Of a stretch of 64,000 bases of DNA, positions 23,801-38,500 are shown piece by piece. Position 1 is the first letter of the stretch. Every line of letters starts with the position of its first letter. A program made the position numbers and the translations under genes. Source of the DNA: Vicugna vicugna (taxonomy: Eukaryota); NCBI GenBank assembly GCA_013265495.1, contig MU058781.1, positions 6,414,522 to 6,478,521 on the forward strand, given 5' to 3'. Under the pieces are notes generated by a model. The model saw nothing but the letters and a program-made list of their open reading frames with translations. It did no database searches and was not told the origin of the DNA.

Positions 23801-26800
23801 AAAAAAAAGAATGTTCTTGTCAGGTTTCGGTGGATTAACTGCTGTGAGGATTAGTGTTTCTATATCTGGAATCGCTTATTAGATAAATTTGCCTGTTGAG
23901 TCGTTACTTCAGATCTTTGTTAAGCCCTGTTCACCTTACATACTCCAGCCCTCTTTAATTTCCTCAACTCTATTAATTTATTTCTCGGGGCTTTTTTTTA
24001 AACCAAACATTTATTGAATGCCTACTTTATAGCAGTCACAGCATTTGGCATTTCTGCTTCTCCCATTATCTCATTTGTACGAGAACACACTGGAAAAATA
24101 GGGTCAGGCTGATGTTTGTCGTGATTCATAGATTCCTGTACTTTGCACGTGCCTTCACCATTACCACCCTCAAGCTGCCACCGTGACCCCCATTCGAACT
24201 TTCCCACCCACTCTCCTCGAGTAAGGAGCACATTAAGCATGATTTCTGATGGTCTCATAGCTTTGAACCTCCTCACTGCCTTTATAGTTCTGATGAAGTG
24301 ACCTGTTTACATGTTATTTCAGAAACATTCCACTGTTATTTTTTATGCATATTTTCCATCCCCTCAACAAGATTCTAAGAGCTTCAAGAATCTTTATAGT
24401 TGACGTGTCTTTGCTTTCATGACATACTGTGGTCTTAACTGTATTTTATTTGATACCAAATTTGATAAGAAGACAGGCTCCAGCTCCTGACACTTTTGGT
24501 TGGTTTGAGGAATAGGGGCTGGGTTTACTGTTTCCAGCGGCACAGGAAAGGAACAGAATGAGGTGACATTTTTGTTTAGTGATATTGTTATCTTTAAAAA
24601 AAATAACTTGCCATTTGGAGGTGTATTTGGTGCATTTGGTACTAATTGAGATATCAGTGGAGGATACGACTGGTAAAACGTAAGTCATGGATCAGCCCCA
24701 TAGAATTAGCCTGGAAAAAGTATTCCTTACGGGAATTTGGAAAAGGGCAGGTTAGAAGAAGACGTGGTATGGTTTTAGTAAGGCATTTCTTTTCAAAGAT
24801 GCCATTTTTCTTATGCACGCTTTTCCAAAACGAGTGCGTCTGAGGCTACCACAGAATGTTTCATTGCTGGATGTGTGGAGCAAATGACAAGGAATGATCC
24901 CAGCCAGATTTGGGTGACAGATGTAACTCATGAATTCAATGACTATGGAATATAGGTTCTGGGAAGAGTGTGCGGATTAAATTCACACAGGCTATGGAGA
25001 TCCAGCTGGCCTGATATTTCAGTGCTGCTGAAAAATGTCCCAATTAGATGGATTCCTCCCCGTGTAGCCTTTTCACGTAAACTGTGAAGAATGGTACTTT
25101 CTTGAGACTGTGAAGTTGTCGCGAGCGTCCAGCGTCCGTCATCTGAAGCTGGTAATTTCGCAGTGAGAACCCCGGCAAGTGCGGTGCGCGAGAACATCAG
25201 GCTTTATCCCACCTTTGTCCAGTTGGATTCTCTACGTAGGACGATGGGCAGCACATCACCCACATCGAATTTAAGTGATTCAAACAACAGGCGTCCCATC
25301 GTCTTCTTTGCCTGAATATCCTACAGTTGAGTGTGTTCAGGATTCCTCCTGGAAAGTCATCAGTTGGATTTTGTTTTCCCATAGGAACAGGGATTTAATT
25401 TGAAACTTCATATTTTACCAACCTGACAACAAATGAAACACAGAAAGGGCAAACTACATGTCGTAAAAACCAAGATGCAACTAAAATGTTATAATTATTT
25501 AAAATGGGGAAATGTGGCTCCAAGTCCTATAAAGTGGTTATGCACTGTTCCCTGGAGTTAGGAGTGTCTAATGAATTCTAACTGCACGTGCCTCAGAAAG
25601 CATCTATATCACAACTTACCTACCTGAAACTGATGATGGCTGTGGTAAATATTCATCAATAATAATTTTGCTTGACTTTTTTTATAATTTGAAGGATCTT
25701 TTTGTAGAGATGTACTGGGTGATTCATATCTTTAAAATACTTTTTTCTGGGAAAATGAGAACTCTTGCCTTTTCTTTTCCTCTTTGGACAGGATTTCTCT
25801 GGCCTGACCAGAGACATTCAGAATCACTCTGTAATAATTGTCTAATACTGTACATGAGGTGGAATTATCCTTTTCAAAAATAGCAACGAAAGAATCACAG
25901 CATTCAGAGAGCTTCCCAAGGAGGGAGTTTGGGATGGTACTTTTGGCCCTGGTCTTCCCAGCCAACTTTTTCTTTGTTGATATTTGACAGTGTGTTTGGT
26001 ATAGATTGAGGTCCCCTCTTCACTGAGTCAAAGATCATTGGGAGAAATGTGAGGAAAGAGGGCAGAGGAGGGTAAGCATATCCCTGGTTTGATCAATCAG
26101 AAGGGAGGAAGGAGGTCGTAAGCCAGGCATGGGCTGTGTACCTGGGAGCTTTTTGGCACAGGACTTCTCTGAGCCACTTTGTTCTTACTTTCTCCTTCAT
26201 GTCCTTCTCCATCCTTGGTAGCCCCCAAGGCCCAGAAGGTAAGTGTTAGGGAGTAGGTGTTAATTAGTAAGAAGGCAGCAGTGAAGGAATGAAGCTGTGA
26301 AATACAGGGCTGCCTGGGCTGTTACAACATGTCGTCAAACCACTTTAATTTCCTTTGACTTGTTACTAATATCTTTATTTTGAGTCAGGTTACCCTAAAC
26401 TTTGTTGTTTTCCCTGGATTGATTGACTCTTTATGCTCTTAGGTTGTCTCTGGCACCAAATCAATTTGGTTGTTGACTTAAGTTGTGAGTAATCACTTAA
26501 ATTACTGCCAGTAAGTACCAGAGAGGGATTAATAAAATAGATTGTGATTATTCAGTACTTCTGAGCAATGAATGCCCAGCCCTGTGTCCAGTGCCCACCA
26601 GAGGTGCTCAGTGAGAGACTAAGTGAATTAACCATCTAAAACCAACAGAACCCCAGACATTCAGGATGATTAAGACCTTCTCCCCAGATCACTTATTAAA
26701 TGAATATCTGGGAGCCTTCCCTTGTCTTTGTGTTTGTGGAAAGTCAATCCCAATCACTTTTTACAGTAAGAGAATCTCAGTGAGTCTGGAAGAGGAGAGA

Positions 26801-28755
26801 CTTTTCTCCATACTTATGGGATAAATCTTCTCTAGCAAAAAGGCGATTCATACTCAACAAGACCATCATGAAAGACCTTACTTAGCATAATTGTCTCCTG
26901 GCCTATCAGTTGGTTATAAAAAAAATCATTATTCCCATATAGATAAGGAATAAAGCACAGAAAGTTTACTTGTCTGGTATCCCTCCAGAAAAGCCAAAAC
27001 ATGGAAAACCAAGGCTTTCCAATTTTGAGCATGAATATATCACCTTTGTGTCTTTTTCATTTGGCTTTTTTTGTTCCTTTTTATTTTAAGATTTATCTCA
27101 TTTAAAAAGAGTACTTTTGCTGAAATTTTCTATGATCTGCTCATTTTCTTGGCTCTTCAAAGAGGATGAACATTGTTCCATTTTGTTCCTGATTTTTTCT
27201 TTTGTTTAAAAAAAGGGAATTTAAGAAATTCTAAAGGAAATAATGTAATGGACATCATGCTCGAATGACTTACATTATTCACATTCTCCTCAGTTCTGTA
27301 TCAAAGTACCTTTTCCACTCCTTGCATATAACATAACTAAATATTCACATTTTCCCATGTCAACCAAATTCATATATTTGTAACTTTAATAGACATACTG
27401 TATTCAGTAATTATATTGACATGATTGATTAGGCATTCTCCTATTTTTAAGTTACTTTTGGTTAATCATAAATTCTTATGACCTGTATCTTAATTTTTTA
27501 TTGTTTGCTAATAAATTTTGGCCCCTGTATATAAAACACAATTTGCATTTATAAAGCAGAAAGAGTGGAGAAGACTATCCAACAATAATCATCCTTTATA
27601 AAGAGCACACCCTTCCCCCCACAATGTCCTTGGGGCTAAGCCTGGGGAGAATTCCTGAAGAATTGGGGTGAAAGGATAGATTCAAGAGATGAAATTCTAG
27701 AAGAAATTTAAGGTACAGGGGCTGGGCCATGGCTTGCCTTTTTTATTGATATTATTTATAAGAAAAAAATTTTACCTGTATGGTATTGCTTAAATAGAAT
27801 CCAGGTGATATTATTTTTCTGGTATTGTTTATTAATATTGTAGGTATATGCTTATTAAATATGTGTGACTTTGTTTCCCTAATGTGATAGATTTTGGTGT
27901 GAGACCTATTTTTATTGAAAAGAAAATACTTTTAATTCTGTCACTTAGGTTGTCTAATATACCTGTTAGTTTTTCCTTAGTTATTGCAGTTTTCAGTTTT
28001 GTCTCTATTTGTTCAGCTTTGTCTCCGTCTTTTGTTCAGGCACTTCTTGAACAGATTGTAATGCAATTACAGTTTTACTTCTTCCTGCAATTTCCCCACT
28101 TTTCTCATGTATTTTTCATGTTGCTTGGGATATAAATTTACTATTTTCAATAGTGTCTATTGCAGTCCTCTAGTGGCCCCTCATTGCATTGTATTCAAAT
28201 TCTTTTTTCAGTCTAGTAGCACGGTAAGTATCCTTATTTGTTTGACCTCCTAATTTCCTTGGAAATTTATCTATCATTCCCTGCTTTCTCTCCCTACTGA
28301 CTCCTTCTGTTTAGTCTGCAAACCAAATCAAGTTTCTCTCTGCTTTAAAACAAACAAACAAAAATGACTTCCTTGACCACCTACACCATCTCTTTCCTCC
28401 CCGTCACTGCCAGATGTCTTTAGAAGACTCTGTCCTCCCTAATTTCACGTCCTCACTTCTCTGTCACTGTTCAGTCTCCTGTCATCTGTCTTCTTTTCTT
28501 ATCATTTTCCAAAAAAAGACTTTCCTTTTGCCATGGTATCTTCCTAATTGTCCTCATTCCACTCAACCTCCTTGAAGAGTTTTTATCAATGACCGTCACT
28601 CTTAAAGTTTCTCCTTCCCTTGGGAATGAACTTTGTTCTTTCTAAGTGATAGATTTCATTTAATTTCTTTCTCTGACTTTTCTTCCTTCCTCTACCCCAT
28701 AAATGTATATATACTTTCAAGATCTCATTCTTTATTGGCAGAAGAGGAATTTCTT

Positions 28756-29637
28756 TTTTTTTTAACATTTTTTATTGATTTTTAATCATTTTACAATGTT
28801 GTGTCAAATTCCAGTGTAGAGCACAATTTTTCAGTTATACATGAACATATATATATTCATTGTCACATATTTTTCTCTGTGAGCTACTGTAAGATCTTGT
28901 GTATATTTCCCTATGCTATACAGTATAATCTTGTTTATTCTACAGTTTTGAAATCCCGTCTATCCCTTCCCACCCTCCACCCCCTTGGCAACCACAAGTT
29001 TGTATTCTGTGTCTATGAGTCTATTTCTGTTTTGTATTTGTTCTTTGTTTTTTTGTTTTTGTTTTTTAGATTCCACATATGAGCGATCTCATGTGGTATT
29101 TTTCTTTCTCTTTCTGGCTTACTTCACTTAGAATGACATTCTCCAGGAGCATCCATGTTGCTGCAAATGGCGTTATGTTGTCAGTTTTTATGGCTGAATA
29201 GTATTCCATTGTATAAATAGATCACATCTTCTTTATCCAGTCATCTGTTGATGGACATTTAGGCTGTTTCCATGTCTTGGCTATTGTAAATAGTGCTGCT
29301 GTGAACATTGGGGTGCAGGTGTCATTCTAAAGTAGGATTCCTTCTGGTTATAAGCCCAGGAGCAGGATTCCTGGGTCATACAGTAAGTCTATTCCTAGTC
29401 TTTTGAGGAATCTCCACACTGTTTTCCACAGTGGCTGCACCAAACTGCATTCCCACCAGCAGTGTAGGAGGGTTCCCCTTTCTCCACAGCCTCTCCAGCA
29501 TTTGTCATTTGTGGATTTTTGAATGACGGCCATTCTGACTGGTGTGAGGTGATACCTCATTGTAGTTTTGATTTGCATTTCTCTGATAATTAGTGATATT
29601 GAGCATTTTTTCATGTGCTTACTGACCATTTGTATGT
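28756..29637 (-). mobile_element. Young 5'-truncated L1 including the ORF2 C-terminal cysteine-rich region
   Basis: ORF 29348-29707(-) contains [30 protein letters not shown]...[18 protein letters not shown] (L1 ORF2p). TSD agaagaggaatttctt (28740-28755) / agaagaggactttctt (29638-29653). Confidence 0.96.
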
Positions 29638-30026
29638 AGAAGAGGACTTTCTTGAATCTAGTCTTTTCCTGATCAATTTCATCAATTTCCACAGTGGTAT
29701 CAATCACCCCTATGCCAATGGTGCCAGCTGTACATCTCCAGACTCCAGGCCTCTCTCATTGACGCTAGGCCTGGATTAACCCTGTGTGAGCCTCAAATAC
29801 ACTTACACACCTCTACCAAACTCTGTTCTCTTCCTCCTCGTTCTTTCTCTCAGTTGTTGAAACTCCAGATCGCCCTGTCACTTGAACTAGAAACTCTTAA
29901 GTCCTTTTGACTTCTCCTTTTCGTTCACCCTCACGTCTGTCTATTCAATCTCTGAGTCCAGACAACACCCTGACCACAGAACCTGTGGGATCTGAAACCT
30001 CTGCTCCATTCCCAGTGCCCTAATGC

Positions 30027-30178
30027 AGAAGGAAAGAAAGGGTAAGAGACAGGAAGGAAGTAAAAAAGAAAGTAGAAAGGGAAAGAGGGAGGACAGAGGA
30101 AGAAGGAAGGGATAAAAGAAGGTGAAAGAGGGAAGGAGAGAGAAAGAAGAGAAGAGAGAAAGAAAGAGGAAAAGAGAA
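30027..30178. repeat. GA-rich low-complexity polypurine tract
   Basis: About 150 nt of almost only A and G; explains the S/F/L/P-rich ORF 29931-30185(-). Confidence 0.9.
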
Positions 30179-32116
30179 TGATCATCTGCTTTTTAAATTT
30201 TTTAAGTAAACGTATTACAAGTATGCTTTTTTTTTAAAAAACTGAGCAACAACAAAAAAAAGGACATAAGAAGAAGAAAAAAATCCCACCACTCCCTGAC
30301 AAACACTCTAGATGTAACCTCTTATAACTAGTCCCTCTGCCTCCAAGCTCTCCCTCCTCCAATATATTCCCCTTTCTCTCATCATAGGTACTGTTACAAA
30401 ATAGAGTAAACAAACAAAACAAAACTCATCTGGAATCCTGCCACTGTTTCCCATGGCCTGTGCAGTCCATCGTGTGGACTCTGTAGAATGACATTCAAGG
30501 CCCTTTGCAATATATTGTTTCTGCATCTGAGTCCTCTCCCCAAAACTCCTCCGCCAAAACAAATCCAATATCCCAATCCCCCTGGAGGACCAGAGTTCTC
30601 GGAATACGTGTGCTCTCATGCCGACGCGTGAGCAAAGGAATGCTGAGCCTCAGATGTCCATCCTTCTCTTCTTAATCAATGTATTTGTCATTCTAATAGA
30701 TACATCGTATTCCGTAATTTGATTAGCTGCTCTTGGAAATACCATCGGCTGTTTTCTTCACGAGCTCATGGTCTAATGAGGGCAAAAAATTAATCTAAAT
30801 GGGGTACAGTGTAATAAATGCTGAGTTGATGGGGGTTTCTAGGTAGCAGTCTTGAACACGGCCTGCAGGTTGGCAAAGTTAGAGTCAGAGTCACAGAGAA
30901 AGGGCCCCTTGAACCAAGGCTTGCAAAATAAGCAGGATTCAAGTGTGTGAAATTGCACCTAACATAGAAAAGCCCAGATGTCTCTGCACTGTATTTAAGT
31001 GGGTTAAATCTCAGGCTGTTTATCAAAATGATGTGGTACTAAATATATTTTATCAAACAGCAGATTGTTAAATTTTATTTTTTAGTTCAGTCGATTGCTT
31101 TTTCATTTTAATAAGCAAGTTCACGTTTACTTTTGGATACGTAATTTGTCCTTAAGCCCAAGTAAATGTATCTTTATTGTAATCCTTTACTGATTTCATT
31201 TCTGTGTTTTCTGTTGTATTTTAAACTCTTTATTTCTTTTTGTGCTAGGCCAAAAGATAACGTTAAGTGGTCTGTTTCTTAACATTTTAGCATGAATGTA
31301 TTTCAAGAAAAAAAGCATTCTAATTGCTTCTGTTTATTTCTGTTATTAACCAAGTAAACTTTGATTCCCTGTCAGGAAACAAAAGGAGTCTTTTGTTCCG
31401 CTTCTACTATTCATTCTTTGTAGTTATTATCTGCGATCCTTTTGAGGTTCTGCTAATACCCGATAGTTCCAAGAATTTATTTGCTAATTTACTAACTGTT
31501 TTCATTATTAATGAAAGGATTATTCATTAATCCTTGCTTAATACTCTAATTCATTTGTTTCTCAAAGAGGTCTTTAAGTCTCCGTCTAGCCTTAATTATC
31601 TCCGACAGTGACATAATGGATGTGAGACTTTGGGACCCACTGTTTGTGTTTTTAGTTGGCCAATTGTTTTAAGTCCTCTAAGTCTTGAAACATTCTTCTC
31701 TGCCTTCAAAGAGTAAGGTGACCCTGGTTAAGTACTTTCTCTTGGCTTTGTCGTAGTTTCTCCACCCAGCCCTCTTCTCCTCCCAGTCTAAGGAGGGAAA
31801 TCTAAATTGCATTATTATCCTTACATCATTAGATTCCGATTTCCCTTATTTGTGATAGCAGTAAAGCTTTGCCTTTGTCTTTTTTTTTTTTTTAAGTGAT
31901 AGATAGACAAGCATGTGAGGGGAAATTCGGCCACAGGAAGTCACCCACCACTGAGCACATTTGCCTGGGTTCTCATGATGTCTCTGCCCAAGTTGTTTCC
32001 CTTCAGTAAATGTTCTCCTATCTCTGTTCCTACCTCTGTGCTCAGCACAGTCTCTTCCTGACTCCATTGGATTCCTGGTCTTCAAAGCCTGAGATTCTTT
32101 GCTCTTACGTCCTGGG

Positions 32117-32558
32117 TGTGTTCATTTGCTAGGGCTGCCGTAACAAAGTACCGCAGATGAGTGGCTTCACAGAAATTCATTGTCTCATGGTCCTGGAGGA
32201 TAGGCGTCCAAAACTGAGGTGTCAGCAGGGCCATGCTTCTTCTGACGGCTCCAGGGAAGGGCCTTTTCCAGGCATCTCTCCTCGCTTCTGGTGATTTCCT
32301 GGCAATCTGTTGTTCGTTGGCTTGTTGACACGTCACCCCATCGCTGTCTGCATGTTCACATGGCATTTTTCCGGCGTGTGTGTCTGTGTCCAGATTTCTC
32401 CTGTCATGATGGACTAGGGGCCCACTCCATCCAGTGTGACCTCATCTTAACTAATTACACCATAACACCCCTCTTTCCATAAAAGGTCACATTCTGAAGT
32501 ACTTGGGCTTAGAATTTCAACATACGAATGTAGGGGAGACATAATTCAATGGTTAATA
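32117..32558 (-). mobile_element. MaLR solo LTR (MLT1A-C-like)
   Basis: gctagggctgccgtaacaaagtacc...gtcagcagggccatgct...gacctcatcttaactaattacac...aaggtcacattctga. Confidence 0.85.
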
Positions 32559-35500
32559 GTAGGTGTGTCAGGTGCTGTTCCAGTATTACCGTCTGTCCAA
32601 TGCAGCCATAATTTGGGCCAGTTGGTTGAGCATGTCATGGTAACACTGACCATCTGTGCTGCACCAAGTCTCCTCTCTGTGGTTTTATTCCTTTGTAATA
32701 TTTGCAGGTTGTGCTGAGCTTCGTATCATGCAGTATTCCTCTTTAGCTGTAACCATTTCTTCTGTCTCTCTTTGGAAGCTGTTGTAATTAGCTCATCCAG
32801 ACGTGTTCACATGGGTAGTCCCAGGTCCATGGGGCTTTATTCATTGCCTTTTAACTTGTAAGACTTTTATATAGGACTTAGGCTGTTAATTAGGGGATTT
32901 TATTTGTTTGACTTATTTATCGTTTATGAAGTTTATTATATGTGTTTGTTGTATCTTGTTTCTCTTTTTAAGATTATTTTATTGGCAGGGGGTTCCCATC
33001 CCCCACATTCCTTCTCAGGAGTCCAGGGTACATAACATATAGCTCTTCTCCTTAATTCTTTCTTTCCCTCCATTGTTTCTTTTCTAATTCTGATGGACAG
33101 TTCTATGAGAATCTTTGTGACTTCCTAAGATGTCATGTGTACACATGGAACACATATCAGTGTGAAGGACATCCTTGGTATGTAGGTGGCCACACTCCAG
33201 GGAGACATAGCCAGCAGTAGACTAGCTCACCAGGGTGCAGATGAGGTGATGACAAAGAATACAGTTTGACTGGGATTCATTATTGCAATGGGATAGAGTG
33301 GGGCTTGGCCCCTGTGCAAAAAAGCCAAATACCAGTCTGGAAAGGGAAGGTGTGAAAGGATGGAAATTCAAACCTGCATGGAGCCCCAGGACCCCTCAGT
33401 ATAGCATTCTCACGTGTCCAGCTCCTACCACTGACCACAAAGCCCTTAGGAAGGCTGGCCGTAAACGCAGCTTAGAGATCCTTCCCTGGTGTTGCCAGCA
33501 GTATTGTTTTCGCATCCGGAACCACCATCTCCTTGTTCAGTGTTAAGGAAAGTGGACCATCCTCATAAACTATGTGTAAGAGGACCCTGAAAAAACCCAG
33601 AGCAGCTTGCCCTAGAAATCAGCCTTGTGGACTCTCTGCTGTGTCTCTCCTATATATCTTCTGGACACATACAGGCCACTCCTCTTTGGAGTTGTGCAAG
33701 TCCAGTGGGAAGAGAGGTCCCAGCAACCATAATGAGAAAAGCTTATCTGTGCCCACACCGTGTCCTTGGGAGCGTGTCTGTTTGCTAGTCTGAGATGAGA
33801 ACTGCTTTTGCAGACCAAAATCAGAGGTGATAACTCCATTCATTTTCTTTCCAGAACTCTTCCCGGACAGTGAGGATGTTTGTAGGTAGGGAAAGGTAGG
33901 AAAGAATCATTTCTTTCCCACTTTCACAAGTCTGTATTTGACCCCTGGATGGGTCCCCTGCTCTCAGGAAGCCCTTGTAATGAGCTTTCCTCTCATGAAT
34001 TGCTGGAACCCACAGCCTGGCTCAAATGACCGCGGGGGTGCCTCTTTGTCAGACACACGCTGTGCATCTGGCAGCATCGCTGGGGGGCAACCTGATAGGG
34101 CTCACGATTTTAATTTTAACCAAAAATACATCTGCCGGGTTCATTTCAGCTGACAGGATAAATATCGTATTTCATCACCAGTTTGTAAACACCTTGTTTT
34201 TCATCTCCATCTACCATGTTCCCCAGGTGTTTTACAATGAAAAGTCAAGTAGGATCCATATGGACCTGAGCGTGTGTGTTGTGTAGTCAAGCCTGGGGGT
34301 AGCTTTATGTGGAACTGGATCCAGTGCAAGCAACACATACACGCCTGAGCAGGAGATGGGGCTGTGGCAGCACCGTAGAGTTGTCCAGAGTAAGAAAGCC
34401 CCGTGGATAATATGGTTTTGAGACCATTCAGCAGCTGCCTGTGGACACCTGGAGTTGTCCCTGTTACAGATGAAGGATGGGTTGTGTCATTGTCTTGGGA
34501 TTTACATCCGTTGCTTTTCTGGACGCAAACTGTTCTTCCCCCAAGATGGTTTTCTTTTACTGCATTTGAAAAATCACTCTTTATGATTTTCTACTCTGAA
34601 GATTCTTCTGAATGAATCCGAAATGCCAGGCACACGTGCTATTTCCAACTTCCCTACTCACAGCGAGAGAGCCAGTAGAGAAGGGATGGTATTTGTTTCA
34701 TGAAGCTGGGGAGATCAGCGGGAAAGGATGAGATAAGCAGAATGGCATATAGAAATAATAAAACAGATTTCCCAGTGCTGGGTTTTTTTTCCCCACTAAT
34801 CCTAACGTAAATGGCATGAATACTGATGGCATTTTGTGTGAATATTTATGAGAGACCTTTTAATTCAAGGATCTCAGACTTCTTCTATCACCTATTAATT
34901 TTCACAATGTCACGCTGGAGTGCATGGGTAGTAATGTTATCCTCCATCTCCAGATGGAGAGATCAAAGCTCACAGATGTTCAGTTACAGAACTTGCCAGA
35001 GACCTGCAGTGATCAGCTGGGCTCTTTCCAGCCCAGGGCACAAGCCTCTGGTTCCCAGTGCCACCCTGCTCTCCCAGCCAGGCTTGGTAACCAGTGTCAC
35101 TCCAGCCCAATGTAGCATGGGCCCTGGTTCTGAGAATCACGTCTAGGGTTAGTCCTGGGATACGGTGGGAGTGCTAGATGTGGACCTCACCCCTCTCAGC
35201 ACCCTTTTCCTGCAGGGCAAGCTCCTGCCTCCCATCCACTCCTCCTCCTTTCTTGTTCAGCCCCTTTATTGCTCTTGGTTGATTTCCACTGACCCTGAAA
35301 AAGGGTCAGATGGTAGCTAAAGGGGTTATTAATTATTAATAAGGTCACAGTTTTCCAAAAAGTATATGCGTTTTGAAAGGAAAATCTGAATAGTATCCCA
35401 GTCTTCCCAGTTTTACCTCGTTTTCCCTGTTTCAAATGCTCTTTCCTGGAGGTGCATAGAACCTTCTATTGAAGTAGCCTTCAAACTGCACATCCATGCA

Positions 35501-38500
35501 GGCCCTGCCAGGCCCCCATACAGTGCAGGGACTTCTGAGGATGCAGAGGTGCGTGTTCCCACCGTCTACAGCGCCATCATGCTGTGAAAGTCTGAAAACC
35601 TAAAGATCCTCATATACCACAATTTCCTGTGTTTGTGGCCAAGCATGTCCTAAGAACCAATAAAATAGAAAAATCCTACAAAATAATAGGAGGTAAAACT
35701 CTAGGAATTTATGACTGTTGGTAATTTAAATTTTTTCGAGAGAAGAAGACGTATATAAATAACAATATTTAAGCATGACCAGGATATCATAAAGACCACA
35801 GGAGAGCTTCTTATAAAAGAGCCCAGATAGCATCACAGGGGATCATTAAAAGGCTAGGGATCAAAAAATGTTTCATCTTGTCGACTATGTAACCGTAGCC
35901 TGATGGCCAGCAGACGTCACTCTTTACCTTGAGATTCAGGTAAGAGGAGGGGCTTGAATTCTCCTCCTGTATCCTTCGGAAATTCCAGGATGTCCGAAAG
36001 TCCTGGTGCAGCATATTCTCGTGGTCACCTCTGGCTCCCAGGATGAGCTGCGGTGGCCGGCACGTGCCATCTCCGTTTGTGGAATCCTGTAGTTCCCCTT
36101 GACTACGTAAGCAGAACGCAGTTGCCGTTTTAAACGGCATCCTCCTAGCAAGGAGCTTGGAATCATCCTCCATGTGTCCCTCTGCCATTGCTTTTCATAC
36201 TCACCTCATTCACCAACTCGGCGCTTGACTGCTGAGTGCCTACTACGTACCAGGTGCTGACAAAACAGCAGAAAAGCCACCAGATCCATCCTTTGCCCAC
36301 CTTCCTCTGGATCCATCCCTTCTCCCGGTTGCCCTTGCCCCTGCCTCCCTCTGTTCCTCATCGGACCCTGTCAGCAGCCCCTAACTGGCCTGCTGCCTCT
36401 GCTGTGGTGCTGCCCCCGCACCTGGCTCTCTCTTCTCCCTGCCAGATTGGTTAATCTAAGCTTCTCATCGGGCGCAGCTCTGCCCACAGTCCTTCCAGGC
36501 TCCTTACTAAAATCCATATTCCTCAGCACTGCAGGCGGGGCCCCACGTCTTGGCAGCCTCGCCACCCAGAACACCGACACAGGATTTGTATTCCCTGCCA
36601 TCCAAGAAAATTTGTTTTCTACACACCATGACTTTTTATGCCTCTGTGCTTTTTGTGTGCGTGTGTGTGTTTGTCTTCTGTTCTCTCAGCCTAGAATGCC
36701 TTTCCCCCTCACATTTCTTCTCATCCTTAAAGAATGAACAAACGTAGCCCTTCGGGACTGTCCCAGCTGACCCCCACCCCCCTGCACCCGCCCTTCCCCC
36801 CCTCCCGAGACTCAGTCACAAGGCGCCACTGACTGCTGTGACCATGTGTTCACGTGACCATCTCATTCATCTGAGCCTGCACGGTGCCAGGAGTGTGCTC
36901 ATTGTGGCGTATAATAGTTATTGTTCAGTGAATTTTAGACCCTGTTATAAAAAAAATCACGTTAACAAGCCAACATTAATTTCAAAGAGAAAATATTAAG
37001 TCTGCCTCAACCTCAGTTTCCTCTGTTGAAAAATGGGGATAATAATACTTCATTTCAAAGTCATTAGGAGAAAACAAACAAACAAAAGAACAAAGTCAGA
37101 AGAATTAGCATCTGTCGAGGTGAAAACCGTAGTACCAGTCACATGGCAGCATCTCACTGAATAGTAATCCGTGTGAGTCACTGAAGTGGCCCTCTGCGGT
37201 ACTGCAGCTGGCCTCAAATTATACCCTCCAGAAGTGTGCGCAGGAAGAGGGGTGATGAGTATGGAGCACCTGTTGCTTCCCGTCCGTTCTGTGAGGTGGA
37301 TGTCATTCCCTCAGTCGATAAGGGGCAGAATCAAGACTATAACCAGGACTGACATGGGTGCCCAGGTGTGTGGAACCTCCTTGTGCTGCCTCAGTGCCCC
37401 CGGGTTTGTCCCAAGCAAACAGGACATTCCCCCACTCTAGGATGACATGTTGTCTTTGCTCATGGCCCACTCCTACAAACATAGGGAAAAGCTTGCACCA
37501 GAAAGTCTAGAAATGGATGTAATTCCAAAATTTCTGAAACTGATGAGCCACAAGAGGAGCTGCCTTTGAACAAATCAGCAGCAACAACACAGTCACTACC
37601 ATTCAGCACTGGTTCCATCTGGCCACGGCATTAAAGTTCTCTGAGTGCAGTGTGGTGCCAGCACCTTGGAGGGGATGCGGGTACGCCTGACATTGATTTG
37701 GGGCAGCCTCTCCCAAGGACTGTCCCTCAGAGACTGTCAGGGCGCCCCCTCTGTGTCCAGCTGGCCTAGTATGTGCCAGGAGCCCTTGAGTGAATTGCCT
37801 GGGATGCTCTGAAAGAGGAGACCTCCATCTCCACTGGAAGCTCATCCTTTTGACCGAATATCACGGGCACTCTGCTCTTTTATCCATTAGGATGTTGGAG
37901 CAATAATTCTGTTTTGTTGGCTGTTTCTCCAGCATCTGTGGTCAGTAAAATGTTTGAGTAATTATGAAAATAACCACAGCTACCACTTATAGGCTCCCGT
38001 TGTGTCAGACATCACACACATGTTATCTCTTTTGTCAGAGCTTTACAGATAAGCATTACTCCTTCTGTTACCCACCCTCCTGAGTCAGTCCCCAGCAAGG
38101 GTCCTCCTGCCGGGTGTCACTCACGCCAATACAAGACTGAATTTGGTTTCACAAGCAAAGGAAAGCTTTATGCTTTGATCAAGAATGGAGGGGTGTGAGC
38201 ACGTGTTGGGGTTCTGGGCAGGGAGAGGATGGAGTTCTCCCTGCTCATGGCTCCAGATTGTAGTGCTGGGCGTGGCATCCCTGCTCCCAGCACACCGAGC
38301 TGAGGTGTCCCAGCCTTTCGGCACCAGGAACTTGAGTCTGAAGTGGGGGGCAAGATGTCTGCATGCAGGACCTTGTGAGCAAGTGAAACTAGACTAAGCA
38401 CAAATTGGGGGAAGAGGTTAGACTTTGTTACCCAGATTCTGTTTTTATTCCCCAGGAATCGTTAATGGGCTTTGCGGGTGACACTTTTCGTAGGAGAACA

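Noticed and set aside
28162..28178. CTCF-like motif (reverse complement GGCCACTAGAGGACTGC), and a similar one near 541-555
   Set aside because: Each has core mismatches and cannot be supported without PWM scoring or ChIP data.
29348..29707. 119-aa ORF with a Cys/Trp-rich motif as a host protein
   Set aside because: It is the L1 ORF2p C-terminal region in a truncated insertion; the N-terminal residues come from flanking DNA beyond the TSD.
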